Positions 26,965 to 39,460 of a stretch of 64,000 nt of DNA are shown piece after piece. Numbering within the stretch: the first letter of the stretch is position 1; each line of letters opens with the position of its first letter. A program made the translations under genes and the position numbers. The notes beneath the pieces are model-generated. The model ran no database searches and had not been told where the DNA came from. It worked only from the letters and a program-made list of their open reading frames with translations. The stretch is from Lingula anatina (taxonomy: Eukaryota > Animalia > Brachiopoda). The DNA lies in NCBI GenBank assembly GCA_051362555.1, contig CM120640.1, positions 8,928,001 to 8,992,000 on the forward strand, written 5' to 3'.

Positions 26965-27977
26965 TCAAATCCTGTGTTTCAATTCCTCATAGAAGTTGAT
27001 GGCACGTTTGGATTTCAGCAGACAATCTTCCCAATCTGGCCAGAACTTTGCCTTCATTCGCTCCAAATACTGGCAAACGTTTATGCATTCCACTGAAAAT
27101 AATTGTTTTGGCAAGTGAGGAAATTTTCCAAAAATAGTAAATATAATAATAATAATAATAGTAATAATGAAATTGGTAAAGAGATATAAAACCATTAGAT
27201 ACAAAGCTTCATTCTGATGGAATAAGGTAATAATTCAACCCATTCAACCCATGCAAAAGAAATTTTTATGAAATACTGCATTGAATTATTAGTTTTATAA
27301 AACCAGTTTGCTAAAACAGGAGAGAAATATTTTTGAAGCTATTTTATTTGTGTTACCCCTATTATGCAAAAACTGTAAAAGTCTTTTAGTATTATTTACC
27401 CATCATTACAGTTTTCAGAGGGAGTCCATCTGGCATATGCCACAATATCTGTGACAGCATCCCCAGCAGAACACAGTCAATCTCACAAGGCTGATCCCCC
27501 ATGAAAAAGGCCTTGTCCCCTGAAACCAGTTTCATATAACTCATCAGTCTGTCTGAAATGGAACTTAACTGTTCTTTCATGCAAAAGTCTCCCATGGAGA
27601 TTTATTACTGCAATGTCACCCTGTTTGGACCCCTTCTTAGATTCTCTTATGCTAAGATACACACCCAGAAATATTTACAGTATTTGGCCTGTCTTTACCA
27701 CATATCTGAAAAAATAATTATTATTGCAACAGCCTTCTCCAGCAAAGAGGATGGTGTTTAATTGGCTAAACCCATACCTAGAAAGGCAGAGATTGCTCTC
27801 AGATCATCAGCTCCTATCTGCTCCACTTGTTCTTTGGAGTGGCGACCTATCCCATGTGACCAACTACTTTTTCTGAAGTAGCGTAATATTATTTTTCTTG
27901 CAATCCAGGAGAGAGGCCATCTGACGTATAGCCCAATGAAACTGACATCTATATACGAATATGTCAGCAGAATGCAC
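26965..27977 (-). CDS. FAX-like alternative 3' module: exon 4c (27977-27778), 5c (27519-27400), 6c (27092-26965)
   Basis: The translation is intact: (W)CILLTYSYIDVSFIGLYVRWPLSWIARKIILRYFRKSSWSHGIGRHSKEQVEQIGADDLRAISAFL-GDKAFFMGDQPCEIDCVLLGMLSQILWHMPDGLPLKTVMM-VECINVCQYLERMKAKFWPDWEDCLLKSKRAINFYEELKHRI*. Splice sites are canonical and phases match FAX exons 4-6. A minus-strand AATAAA lies at 26716-26721. No exons 1-3 were seen between 27978 and 30280. Confidence 0.85.
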
Positions 27978-28165
27978 CTAAGAATAAATGGAAATAATTA
28001 GAAACTGAATTCAATCCTTACCGGCAATACAGATATTTGTATTTTAATTGCTTTGCACACCTTGTCTCTACTGTTTCTGGTTCACTTGCAAAGACAAAGC
28101 CACGGGTAAAATGGAAGAAGACGAAAAGACACCACTCATTAAGCACACACATTCTGATAATGTTA

Positions 28166-28405
28166 AGCCTAGGTCCCAACTACGTTTTGGACGCATGTTT
28201 TTTAGGTTCCTTGTGTCCGACTAGGACGCAGCTAGATGGCACATAGCAGCTGTTGATCATGTCAAAAAGTTTCTAAGTGCTGTTTGCGTCCTCCAAAAGC
28301 TGCACGATGGACGTGCTCCTCACGCACGAACTCCCATGTTTTCCCCCCTTTTTTTTGGCCATAGACCACACGTAGCAGCCCATACTTTCAGTTGGGACCT
28401 GGGCT
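28166..28405. mobile_element. MITE, PIF/Harbinger-like
   Basis: TIRs AGCCTAGGTCCCAACT / AGTTGGGACCTGGGCT, flanked by TTA on both sides. Confidence 0.75.
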
Positions 28406-30280
28406 TTATGTATTTTCAGAAGGTTGGGTATATTGATCCAAGTTGATCCCTGGTAATTGGAAATCTCAATAGTTCATATATGATGATGTTTAAGGAAAAA
28501 GTACCAGATTGAGTTACAGAGCAAATAGACCATCCAATAAAATGAGAGGCAACTTGACCGATTTGATAAAATATGAACATAATTTGACTGAAATTTTCAA
28601 GATGGGCATATTGGTTGACGAAAATATTATGGTTTAAGGCAATAAAAATGGAATATACCCAATGCTAATTTACCTCTCAAATACTAGTACCTTCATCTTG
28701 GTGGCCAATAAAAATTACAATAACCTCTCGACTCAAATCTTTTCCAAAATATTACTCCTCATTTCAGACTAGTTTATTTATGTAAATTCCAAAGATATAA
28801 ATCTCCTACTTCCAGTTTCACAAAGAACATCACTTCCATCACTGAGGTACAGTTAAAAATAAAGTTTAAGAAAAAAGTCATTGCTCTGCATTTAACTGAA
28901 GTTTATTGCCACCGACTGTTCCTACTCTATTACAATTATTTCATTATGAAAAAATTTCTCTGTGCATATATGACAATAACTATGGCCTGTTTATTTCGTA
29001 TATCCAAAAAAGGAACAAAAGCAATCAACATTCACATTTTGTAATTGAAGGGTTCATTAAAATATACATAAAGAAACACAAATTAAGACAACCATACAAT
29101 AAGTATAATTCAATAAACTCTTCAATAAACTCTTGAAATCACCAAAAAATGTAACATATAATAGTAAAGCATAATAAGCTCTAGAAACACTTTTAATTCC
29201 TTGGAAAAAATAGGTGACTATATAAAATGCTTTACAAATTATCTGATTTACACTGCAACCTGAACTGTTAGCTATAACAATAACCATAACCTGAAATATT
29301 CAAGAAAAAAGCGATTTGTATCGAAAATATCAAGCACATTATGTGCAATCATATATACATGCTAACATACAAAGTGTATCAGCATTGTAGCATTAATGAA
29401 GGGAGGTATAACATACATTTTTGAAAAAAAACAAACAAAAAAACAATACAAATGTTGTTAGTTTCCAAAATGTGTACTTTCAAACAGGTGAATTATAAAA
29501 ACTCTGCTTATTTCACAAGTGCACAACCATTACATTCATAAAATCAAGTGTTAACTGTATATCAAAATATCTTGCATATTAACTATGTGCTTTCAAAGTC
29601 AGCATTGTAGCAATTGTATACAGAGGTATACAAATGAACATACCAGTATTGTTGCTAAAACAGTAAAAATGTTGTTACTTTCCCTTAACACTAATACCAG
29701 AAAAGGAACCACAAAAAACTTGTGTCAAAAAATATATATATTAACATCGAAAATAAATTGTATACTATGTTGGACTATCAAAACTATTTCATCAATGACT
29801 GTTATGATCCCCATTCTGCATCAGTAAAACTATGGACCTGTTCACTGAGCCAAAATCTACCTTTGCTGGGTCCTTATGTGTATATCTGAACATCAGTAGC
29901 ACCAAGAATTAAGAGATTGGGTAGGCAGAAATCATTCAGTAGTAAATGGTTGATACATCACACAAAACTGTATCCATAGTTAAGCAATAGTCTTATGGTT
30001 TATGTATACATGCAGAAAAAGAAATCAAACTTCACATGTTCAAATCATTTGGGTAGTCAATGTTTATCACCTGTACTTATGAAATTACTTCTGACATATG
30101 TAATATATCCACAGGGTCAAGGTACTGTTGGTGCGAATTTCTATCAAAGCACTTCCCTTCAATTGGCATCTCCACATTTAATAATTCTTCATATTTCTCA
30201 GTAAGTAAAATTATTTGCTCCTCAGTTTTTATTCCATTGATTTATGTAATCTTCATCTTATATTCTAACACTGTATAATC

Positions 30281-33200
30281 TTATTCCATCTTCTTTCTTT
30301 CAGGTTCAGTGATATTTTCATCCCAGTCTGGCCAAAAGCGCTCTTTCATTCTGTAGCAATATTCAATGAGGTTTGGAAACTCTTCTGCAACGAATGTCAT
30401 AGTATAATCATATATTAGATAGTATAATCACAAAGGCTTCGTTCACATGCAATGTCTATTTTCTATTTTCGGTATGTCTTATGATCACGGTCTGTGCACT
30501 GAATATCCCGCCGCGTAATTACTGGCAGCGCGAGCCAGTTACTTATAGTAACTTATAGTAACGTAATTACTGGCAGCGCGAGCCAGTTACTTATAGTAAC
30601 TTATAGTAACTGGCTCGCGCTGCCAGTAATTACGCCGCGGGATATTCAGTGCACAGACCGTGATCATAAGACATACCGAAAATAGAAAATAGAAAATAGA
30701 CATTGCATGTGAACAAAGCCAAAGAACCCTTAAAGCCACAATGAATACAAGACCTTTATACATACATACATATATCATATATACATATATCATTGCAATT
30801 TTAACAAGGTATATCCCATTCAAAACCATATTAGCAAATTAAGATCTAAAGCCCATTTTCAAGTTCCAAAATTCTAATTTTTATCATTTTGAATGAAAAT
30901 CAGCAGTCTCAATATCCATTATGAGAGTGGCTCAAAAATGAGAAACTTGGTATTCAAGCAAACCATCCTTCCTAAAATATAATACAATTCAGCAATGCTT
31001 GACAGACTTTGGCTTGTATTCAATAAAGGCAACTGACTCTCAGAAGATTTAGATTGAATTACATTTAGATACAATTGAAGATAATATCTACCAACTTCAC
31101 TAATCAGGCACTGGCCAGTGAACCTACTTTTGATCCATATTTCATGTGGAGAATTTGGCATTTGCCAGACTACTTGGGCCAGCATACCAAAGACGGCACA
31201 GTCCGCCTCACAGGGCTCATCCCCCATCAGGAATGGCTTCTGACCTGAAATTATCAACAGGTTATCTTCATATATTAGGTACCAGGTATTCTTTCCATGG
31301 CATGTTTAAATGGGATGCTGCACCAAGCAATTTCATAAATTTATAGAAAACCATACTCATATCAATTACTGTAGTTTAAGACTTGCATCTACCTTAAACT
31401 TTTCTTGAACATTTAGAGGTCAAAAAGGATAAAAACATAGTAAACATACAATTATAATGATGATTGATACTTTGTAGTACCAGTAGTTTATGACAGTTGG
31501 CATTATATCCCTTACTAAATACCAAGTCTAGTATAGAGGCATTAACACATATATACATATGTTACCATATTTGTTTAAATAAAATATAACACCTGAAAGT
31601 TAATCAGGCTAATAAAAGGTAAAGGTGCATGTAAATATAATGCTAAACTTTGGTTTATGAAAATAGCATCACAGTAAGTAAAGAAACAACTGAAATATCT
31701 GTTAGATGCCTCTAGTACAACTGATGAGTTAGTGCAATTGTTGTCTGGCTGAAGCAAAATTAAAAACAAATTACACGCAGCTACACCACTAATAGCATGA
31801 GGTACACTATTTCCTGCAAAATAAAGCAGTTTGTTCAAGATTATACTGAAAGTTAAACCGGTGAATACATTGTCATAGCATACACTATTCAATTCCTACA
31901 CAATTTGAAAGTTATTATACCTCTGAATGCTTTTGTCCAACACGTAGGACTTTTTCAGTCAATCTGAGACAGTTCCTGGTGAACATCATTCACTATAACA
32001 ATGCCCCAGATGACTTTCTGATGTACAGTGTATTTTATCTGTCTGAATCTACTAATGAAACAGCAAACCATCTCCATATATCTATCCTCACCTTAAAAAC
32101 TTAATGTTCTAATTTAGTTCTTACTCAGATAATCAGACAAAGCTTTCAGGTCATCCTTCCCAATTTTTAACACTTCCTCTTTGCTGTGACGTCCTATTCC
32201 ATGTCCGTGCACTTCAGAATTGACTGTTCTCCTTATCAAGAACAAGGGCACAGACAAGCGGAGATTTTGAAACAAATATTGCAGATCCTTCTTTGTCCCA
32301 TACAACCAACGCTGCATGACTAACGTCCTGGAAATGCAGAGTGCACTTTACCAGTATATTAGGGCAAACAATGAGTGTTAGACCTTTAAAAAACTTAAAT
32401 CACCAAGAAATTTACTCAATACAGGGGCGGATTTAGGCCATCTTCTGGGTCTTCCGGAAGACGGTCAGATTTTCAAGTTTACATTGACGGGTATCTAATG
32501 TTTTCTGTCGGAAGACGGTCAAAATAGAGGATGGTTCAACAAAGATCATTTAGAAGACTGTCAGAAAATATCCCTGGTTCCGCCCCTGCAATACCATATA
32601 AAATTTAGTAGTCTCATTTATAATTATATAAAAATTTTACAAGTGAAGTAAGCCAGTCTCCATCTCCAGTCTGGTTCAAAAATTAGAAATTTAACACTCA
32701 AAACTTAATTTACTGGTTGTAATTTTGTAAATATCTTGTTGATTTAGGAAAATTAATAATGATCTAATTCCCAGGAAAAAAGTTTTGTTATATTATTTTT
32801 AACAGTACTGTTATGTTAAAGCTCAACATTCATCGTGTCTTGTAACTTTATGAGAAGTGATTTTAAAATCCTTTAAAGTTCTAATCTCCCTTTTAAATAG
32901 CCAGATCTTATAGCTAAAGGGGATGTTGCATCCTTTATAAGAAAACATGTTATGAAATATCATTCATTATCACAGTGAAATGAAAAACAAAAAATAAATG
33001 TAATTCTGACCATAGACAAATATAATCTGCCCAGGTTCTGACTTGACTTAATCCAAGTTTGAATATGTAACCAAAAGGAGCACTAAAAAAATATTAAAAT
33101 TAAGTTTTTGAAGAGTGTATGATGAAAGGTGTTTTTCTAATAAACACAGGTGTCAAGCCTCTGGAGACAGTCATACCCTGACCTTGGTAAGAACATGAGA

Positions 33201-36200
33201 TCTTTGCATAGACAGCATATGCCGTGGTGTATTAAGGGATGTCCTGACCTCCCCCTCCCCTTCGATTTCTGAAAAAAATCACACCAATGGCCCTCTCTTG
33301 TAATTAAAATTTTTACCTCCCCCCCCCCCCCCTTCGATTTCTGAAAAAAATCACACCAGTGGTCCCCTTTTAAAATACAAGAATTTTGACTAGCTGAATC
33401 ATAGTTTTGAACTGTACCGAATGGCTCCATTTGCCCTCTAAATACCAAAAGGGACAATCAGATATTTTACAATGGTTTTCCTTGCCATTTGAAAGCCAGT
33501 CTTCTGAAAATGTTTAAGAAATCAACTCATTTTAGTTACATACACTGGAAAAGCAAGGAAACAAATTCTCTAACATGGAGCTGTGTTATACAAATGAAAA
33601 TCTTGGTGTTTGTGAGTTTTAAAATATGCCAGTTATTGAGGGAATTAAAAGCAAAGCATCATCTACAGTTCAATTTCAGTCTATTACTAATCAATCCACC
33701 ATTAAATCAACATTAGTAGTAGTATTACATGAGGGAAATTGCTTTGTTACAAAAATAATGTAAGGGGAGGAAAGTTTAGAAATCACAGAAGAATCAGACT
33801 GTGAGTTTTAAAAATGGAAATAATCTAAAACAAAATTACCTAAGAAGGTGCCAAGAGCTTGGATATCTTGCTGAAATATTGACATGACTTCTTTGCTGGT
33901 GTGCCTTCCCATACCTTGGGCTTTAGCATATCCAACAGCTTTTCCTTTTAATTTGTAGTAGAAGAAAAGGGCAACAGGTCTTGGGTAAGGAAATAGTTTA
34001 CAAACTTCCTTTTTGGAGTCATGAATCCAGTTCCACGAAAATAAAACCCTGAGATGTAAATGTCTGTATACAGTTATCATCTTCTGAGCATTCAATTTTT
34101 TATTTCCCTTCTTTTCCTTTATACTTTTTCAAAGCAGCTTATATTGAATAATATGATCCTTTTGCTGTAAACTGATTCAATTAAGTGATGACTCATTGTA
34201 GTAATTTTGTATGAAAAGGTTGAACACAATAAACACTGAATAACAGTTGCAACACTTTGAAGAGGCATGTATAGAACCTGATTTGGGACTTATTGTGCTT
34301 TTGTTTATTTGATGGAGGGTAATGTGTAACTGTTGCTTGCAGTTACAAATATCACCATACACAACTTTATATTATTCAATTAGTTATATTGACCTTAACA
34401 TTTAAGAACATTTCAGCATTTCAACATTTCTCTAGCAAATTGTGTTGTGTAGTTGTTTATATATCATATGGTATATTTTGCTTACGTATAATATAATGTG
34501 TACATGTGCAGTTGTTATAATAACTTTACACATTGATTTTTTTCTATTGCATATTTTCAATGAATAAAGTATTTTTGAAACATATCGATATAAATGACAT
34601 AAATGACATGGAGACATTAAAAAAGGCCTGAGTCTGAAAGAAATACAATGTAATAACCCAAATGTTACAAAATGTCATCAAACTGAGTCCAGTGCAGTAA
34701 AGCCACCAATCAATCTAACACCCCATTTCCATAGATTAGATCGACCTACTTTAGATCGACCTAACTCCCTGGGGGTTCACGCTAAATAGCTGTCAGCCGG
34801 GCGGACACGAAAGTTAATTACCCCCTTAAAGCTTGTAGTAGGCGGGATGGACATTTAAGTCGGATTATCTGAAAGTAATCTAGTGAGACTCCCCGCGGGG
34901 ATAGATCGATCTAAAATCTATGGGAATAGAGCCTAAAAGATCACAGTTTAAATTCCACTTCACAGAATGTAGCACAGTTTGTATTCACTAACCATTTCCA
35001 GCAGTACTGAAAATTACACTTGCCATTTAATTTGATCTTTCTTTTTTTTATTCAGAACTAACCAAACATCAGGTACTTCACAAATGGCGCATGAAAAATT
35101 CACAATAACTCAACAACCATATCTCACCAGTAGAGATTTTCCTCTGTCATCTTCTGGAAAGCTCTGGCAATGGCCTTCTGTTCAGCAGTGAGGTGGGCAT
35201 TAAGATCTATACCACGTTCCTTGTTCAGGTACTCAATACAGAACTGAGAATCTGCCACTGCCACACCATTGTATTCCATCCATGGCGTCTTCCCCTTGGA
35301 TGAGAATTTGCCTGTATGGTCATTCTGAAATTGGAGTTTGTACTACATTAGTGAACAATAAACAGCATGCTATGAACAATAAACAGCATGCTAAACTTTT
35401 TAAACTTCCAGGAACAGATCTTAATCTGTATATATATTCCTTATGACCTAGAACAACCAGTCTATTAATGTCACAGAGCTTGACAAGGTCTACAGATGTC
35501 ACAGAGACTGTAAAGAAGGCTCTTCATGACAGTAGAAGTCTTGTACATGTATATCACTAAGTTTATATCCTTGACTTGAGATGAGGTTTTATGTACTGCA
35601 GTAAATGTAAGCTTAAAAAGTTGAAAAAGTCTTAGTAAAAATGTGTCATATTTTCAGGACAATTAACTTAGAACTGCAAAAGCTTATGTGAAAACTTATA
35701 CAACTTAAAACAGTTTATTTGGGCTTAGAAAATGTAAAACATCATTTTTGACAAAATGGGTAAAATGAATGACATAATTCACTGACCCAAATTATCAAAT
35801 TTTAAAAGTCTCAAATATTACAGCATTAATTCTTATTTCATCAAAGTCTAACCAAGCATCAAACTGCTAATTTACAAGGCTTTTCAACTGGGAAATACCT
35901 CATAAGGAATTTTAGCCATCCTTAGATATGTTTCCAGCTTCAATGGAAAAGGTGAAATACTTGGTGCTTTGGGACCACGTCCAAATTGATACAGGATCAC
36001 TGTGTCTTTGGGGGCAATTTTCTTCTCCCTCAAATGTAAAAATATGTCAGTATAAATAAAATAAGCACAGGTAAATTACTATTTTCATGATGACTATTTT
36101 CATTTGAAAATGAAAATAGTCATCATTAAAATATCAATATGGTTGTTCACAAGTTCCTCAAAATTTGAAATTCAGGGAAATATTTTTAAAAAATTACCCC

Positions 36201-37247
36201 CCTGCCTTGTTTCCCATTATAACTCTTCTGTGTGTGCTTTGGAAGATACTCTACTGCATATATGTATCAATTTGTACTTCCTATATTGCACGCAAAGTGA
36301 CCAAAAATCTTTAATTTGATTATACATACACCTTCTTCACATGCTTAATTACTACTCTGCTTTGGAAGTCCTGGTGTTAAATTTTACACTGTATGTTGAT
36401 GCCTAGCTCCTTTACTCAGTTAATTGTTAAGTGACAAATTTCAAGTCTCTTTTACGGGGGCATCTCGATAGTCCGAAGGTTCATTGGTCCGATGGTTCAT
36501 TGGTCCGAAAAGTGGTAACATTTTCATCGATTTTGTAATCAAGGGTTCATTGGTCCGAAGGTTCTATAGCGAACATTCGGACCAATGAACCTTCGGACTA
36601 TTGAACCTTCGGACTATTGCTACGGCCCCCTCTTTTACATTATAAAGTGGGTGAAAATCAAGTGGGGCAACTTTTGAGTCATTTTTGAAAGTGGCATCTA
36701 AAAAAAAAATAACAATTTAAACATGGTGTCACTAAAACTTAAACATTTTTTTTATCCAAACGAGATGGCACAAAAATTTTAACAGCTTATTCGTACTCAG
36801 ACACATAGTTATCTGGGTATTTTAATACATTTTTTGAAATTTAAAAATTTTAAGTCTCTAGCCCACATGAGCTTAATTAGAAGAAGGTGTGGACCCAAGT
36901 TTAACCCTAGCCTGAGGGCATGCAGTTCATGGGCCTGCGGGCCCTTTACTTCAGCCTTAACTTCAATGCATAGAAATACATGTACATATGCAAATTTCTA
37001 TGCTTCAATCAGTGTAAGGCTTTACTCTGACCTTGAATACATACATGTAGCACTGCAGCCATGAGGCCCTATCTGCAGCAAATTCGGAGCAAAATTACAT
37101 GTAGGGTACATACTATAAGGGGCCTGCCAACTTTATTCACCTTCGAGTAAACCGCTTCACAATGACGTATCCAAAAACAACAACACCAGCTACTGCACAG
37201 CTGAGTTTAAACCACTTGGAACCAAGTATTTCATGTAGATTCTCCAT
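30281..37247 (-). CDS. FAXC: Failed axon connections homolog (FAX/metaxin-like GST fold), gene B, about 285-287 aa
   Basis: Exons: E1 37247-37141 (MENLHEILGSKWFKLSCAVAGVVVFGYVIVKRFTR, TM anchor); E2 36028-35899 (DTVILYQFGRGPKAPSISPFPLKLETYLRMAKIPYE); E3 35324-35128 (SSKGKTPWMEYNG..ADSQFCIEYL..EENLYW); E4a 34048-33840 or E4b 32327-32125; E5 31244-31128 (KPFLMGDEPCEADCAVFGMLAQ); E6 30384-30281 (FPNLIEYCYRMKERFWPDWDE). These motifs are diagnostic of the FAX family; one-to-one orthology with FAXC is not established. Confidence 0.92.
30435..30720. mobile_element. Fully palindromic MITE (Harbinger-like termini)
   Basis: GGCTTCGTTCACATGCAATGTCTATTTTCTATTTTCGG... is mirrored by ...CCGAAAATAGAAAATAG..ACATTGCATGTGAACAAAGCC, with an internal direct duplication of about 47 bp at the centre. 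Confidence 0.85.
32125..32327 (-). CDS. FAX gene B variable exon 4b (203 nt)
   Basis: ttccag|G TLVMQRWLYGTKKDLQYLFQNLRLSVPLFLIRRTVNSEVHGHGIGRHSKEEVLKIGKDDLKALSDYL A|gtaag; phase 2 to phase 1. Confidence 0.9.
32422..32588. mobile_element. Small non-autonomous DNA transposon
   Basis: TIRs CAGGGGCGGA / TCCGCCCCTG, with CAATA directly repeated on both flanks. Confidence 0.75.
33222..33447 (-). mobile_element. Fragment of a dispersed DNA-transposon family also present at 37543 and 39258
   Basis: The reverse complement shares AACTATGATTCAGCTAGTCAAAATTC and CAGAAATCGAAGGGG with the other copies; it has an internal duplication. Confidence 0.7.
33840..34048 (-). CDS. FAX gene B variable exon 4a (209 nt)
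   Basis: tctcag|G VLFSWNWIHDSKKEVCKLFPYPRPVALFFYYKLKGKAVGYAKAQGMGRHTSKEVMSIFQQDIQALGTFL G|gtaat; phase 2 to phase 1. Confidence 0.9.
34722..34932. mobile_element. MITE (same family as 42299-42537)
   Basis: Imperfect TIRs CATTTCCATAGATTAGATCGA / TCGATCTAAAATCTATGGGAAT. Shares GATCGACCTAACTCCCTGGGGGTTCACGCT and AGTGAGACTCCCC with the second copy. Confidence 0.75.
36456..36630. mobile_element. MITE with 15-bp subterminal repeats and an 8-9 bp target-site duplication
   Basis: GGGGGC...GCCCCC ends, GGTTCATTGGTCCGA repeats inverted at the two ends, and (C)TCTTTTAC duplicated on both flanks. Confidence 0.85.
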
Positions 37248-37542
37248 TGCGCCACTTGCTATGTTCACACCTGTACTGTATCCACTATTATACTAGACTG
37301 TCACCGTGTGACCTACTTTTCAGGCTTTTTAACCTTGGACTACTTCAAAATGGGGGTTGATTTACATGTAAAATCGCGACCAATTTTCGTAAGGCAGATA
37401 ACTTCCATTTCTATGAAATGCGGTTCATTCTAAAACGCCTCTGAAACACGCAGAAAAAATTCAGCTGGAGAATTGCATACAGAATGTGATCTTCAACTAT
37501 TTATACATCTTTGGACGAAGTTTCTCTAACGCACTCCTATTA

Positions 37543-37774
37543 CAGAGGCGGATCAAGGATTATTTGAAGGGGGTCCCCCCAACCCCAGTTGGCGATGGGT
37601 TCGGGTTCGAAAAAATTAGGTATTTTAGAGGGCGAACGGTGCCATTTGGTACGGTTTAGAACTATGATTCAGCTAGTCAAAATTCTAATTTCAAGAGAGG
37701 ACCAGAAATCGAAGGGGCGGGGGGGGGGGGGGGCAGGACCAGCCTGACCCCCCTACCCTCTTAATCCGCCGCTG
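37543..37774. mobile_element. Non-autonomous DNA transposon upstream of FAX gene B
   Basis: TIRs CAGAGGCGGATCAAG / CTTAATCCGCCGCTG, flanked by CTATTA and CTATAA. Related copies lie at 39258 and 33222. Confidence 0.75.
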
Positions 37775-38319
37775 CTATAACGCTCTCTGGTAACTCGGAT
37801 GAATAAAACTACTTTTCTCGCCAGCAAAACCACAGGTGGAATATGACGACTCCTGTTTACGCCATACCAAGTCACATGTCATCAAACCTAGCAAATTATT
37901 CTTTAGTCACTAGGCCTACGTGCAGATTATAAAAAAAATTCGCCCAAGCTCGTAAATCATGGTAAATACGGGTGCTAACGCAAAAAACTTCGCGCTAGGT
38001 ACATCCCAGTTGAACACCTGTAGTTAGAGACCACGCCTGGCTCAAAACCTTCCTTTTGGATATGGAAAACGTTATTTTTAAAACATGTCCGTTCATCTAA
38101 AGAACGACCTAAACGGTGACGATAATTACTCACAGTTAACTCTTACGCATAAATAAAATTCGTTTCATTTTAACAAACACGGATATGCTATACGAGTATG
38201 AAAATGACCCAATGGCATATTTTATGTCCAAATATATTTCAAAGTTACTTTATTGTCTTTCAAACTTTAAGTACGATTACCCTTCAAATGTCCCAGTATA
38301 TTGGCCAGCAATTTCAAAA

Positions 38320-38461
38320 GGGGGGGTTCTTTTTCTTAAAAATTGGACCTTTTTCCATAAAAACGTCTTGTACATAGATCAAATTTTACCCAGAGTGGAC
38401 CTTTTCCCAGCAAAAGGGGCGGCTCTCTCGAACCCCCCGAACCCCCCCTGGCTACGGGCCT
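38320..38461. mobile_element. DNA transposon terminal fragment
   Basis: Ends in GAACCCCCCGAACCCCCCTGGCTACGGGCCTG, a GC-rich terminus typical of invertebrate non-autonomous DNA elements. The other terminus was not found. Confidence 0.5.
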
Positions 38462-39257
38462 GTTGGCAGTAAGAAGGTCTGACTGATATCCATATTTCTT
38501 TTCGAAATACGTGGAAGACAACCCGATCTGATGGAATCATGATTCACTTAGAAATAAGTTATTTTTTAAAAATCGTATAAACCGTCTTATCCAAGTGCAG
38601 GAACGGTACGGGTCGAGCAGTGAATCGTGAGAAAAAGAAATTGCTTTTATTTCTCGAGAAAAAAAATAGATTTGGCACGAAAATATCGAATATTAAGCAT
38701 AAAATGTCCTGTTATATTACGATAACTTAAGTCGGAATAACGAATACCTTCGGATTTTTAAACCTCTTCATTATAATTTAATTATTTCTTATTTTTTAAT
38801 TCAATTTATCAGCCCCAAATTTTCATTCAGGTCACAATTTTACTTTGGTTTCGCGACCTCTGTTCAAAACGCGCGGCGAAAAAAAGTCATTTCGGCCCGA
38901 ATTATGAAGATGCAGTTTTCTACTTACATACAAGGAGGTACGTCTTATCATTGTAAATTCAGCATTTTAGATCGTCAGTCGTTGAATACAATGTCATTTT
39001 ACTTTAAAAGTATTCAGAGAAGTCTGTCGACCATCAAGGGTACATGTATTACATTATTGGGGACGAATAATTGACGCAAAATAACTTCATGCAATGGAAA
39101 GGATTCAGGGCCCTAAATATCGGTTCGGAGGGGGGGGGGGGGGCAGTTGGTCCTTTAAGATAAAAAAAAATTGTGGGGATCTTTATTATGAAACATAAGC
39201 CATTTCTTTTCACCCAAGTCTATCGAACTCTCTTGAATTTACCTTCAGTTAGCGTCT

Positions 39258-39460
39258 ACAGGGGTGGATCAGGATTATTTGAAGGGGGTCCGCGGGGGAG
39301 TCAAGGGGAGCCGACCCTCCCCTTGGCGTGGTGTTCGGGGCCGATGAAGGTGCCATTTGGTACGGCTTAGAACTATGAATCAACCAGTCAATATTCTAAT
39401 TTCAAGGGGGAACATTGGTGTGATTTTTTTCAGAAATCGAAGGGGGGGGGGGGTCGGTTA
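39258..39460 (+). mobile_element. Partial copy of the 37543 transposon family
   Basis: CAGGGGTGGATCAGGATTATTTGAAGGGGGTCC...GGTGCCATTTGGTACGGCTTAGAACTATGA matches 37543-37720. Confidence 0.75.

Noticed and set aside
31575-31892. 105-aa minus-strand ORF in the gene B E4b-E5 intron
   Set aside because: No FAX similarity, and the composition is typical of AT-rich non-coding DNA.
31915-32000. Minus-strand EKVLRVGQKHSEV as another exon-4 relic
   Set aside because: Only a few similar residues, with no GRH motif and no splice sites.
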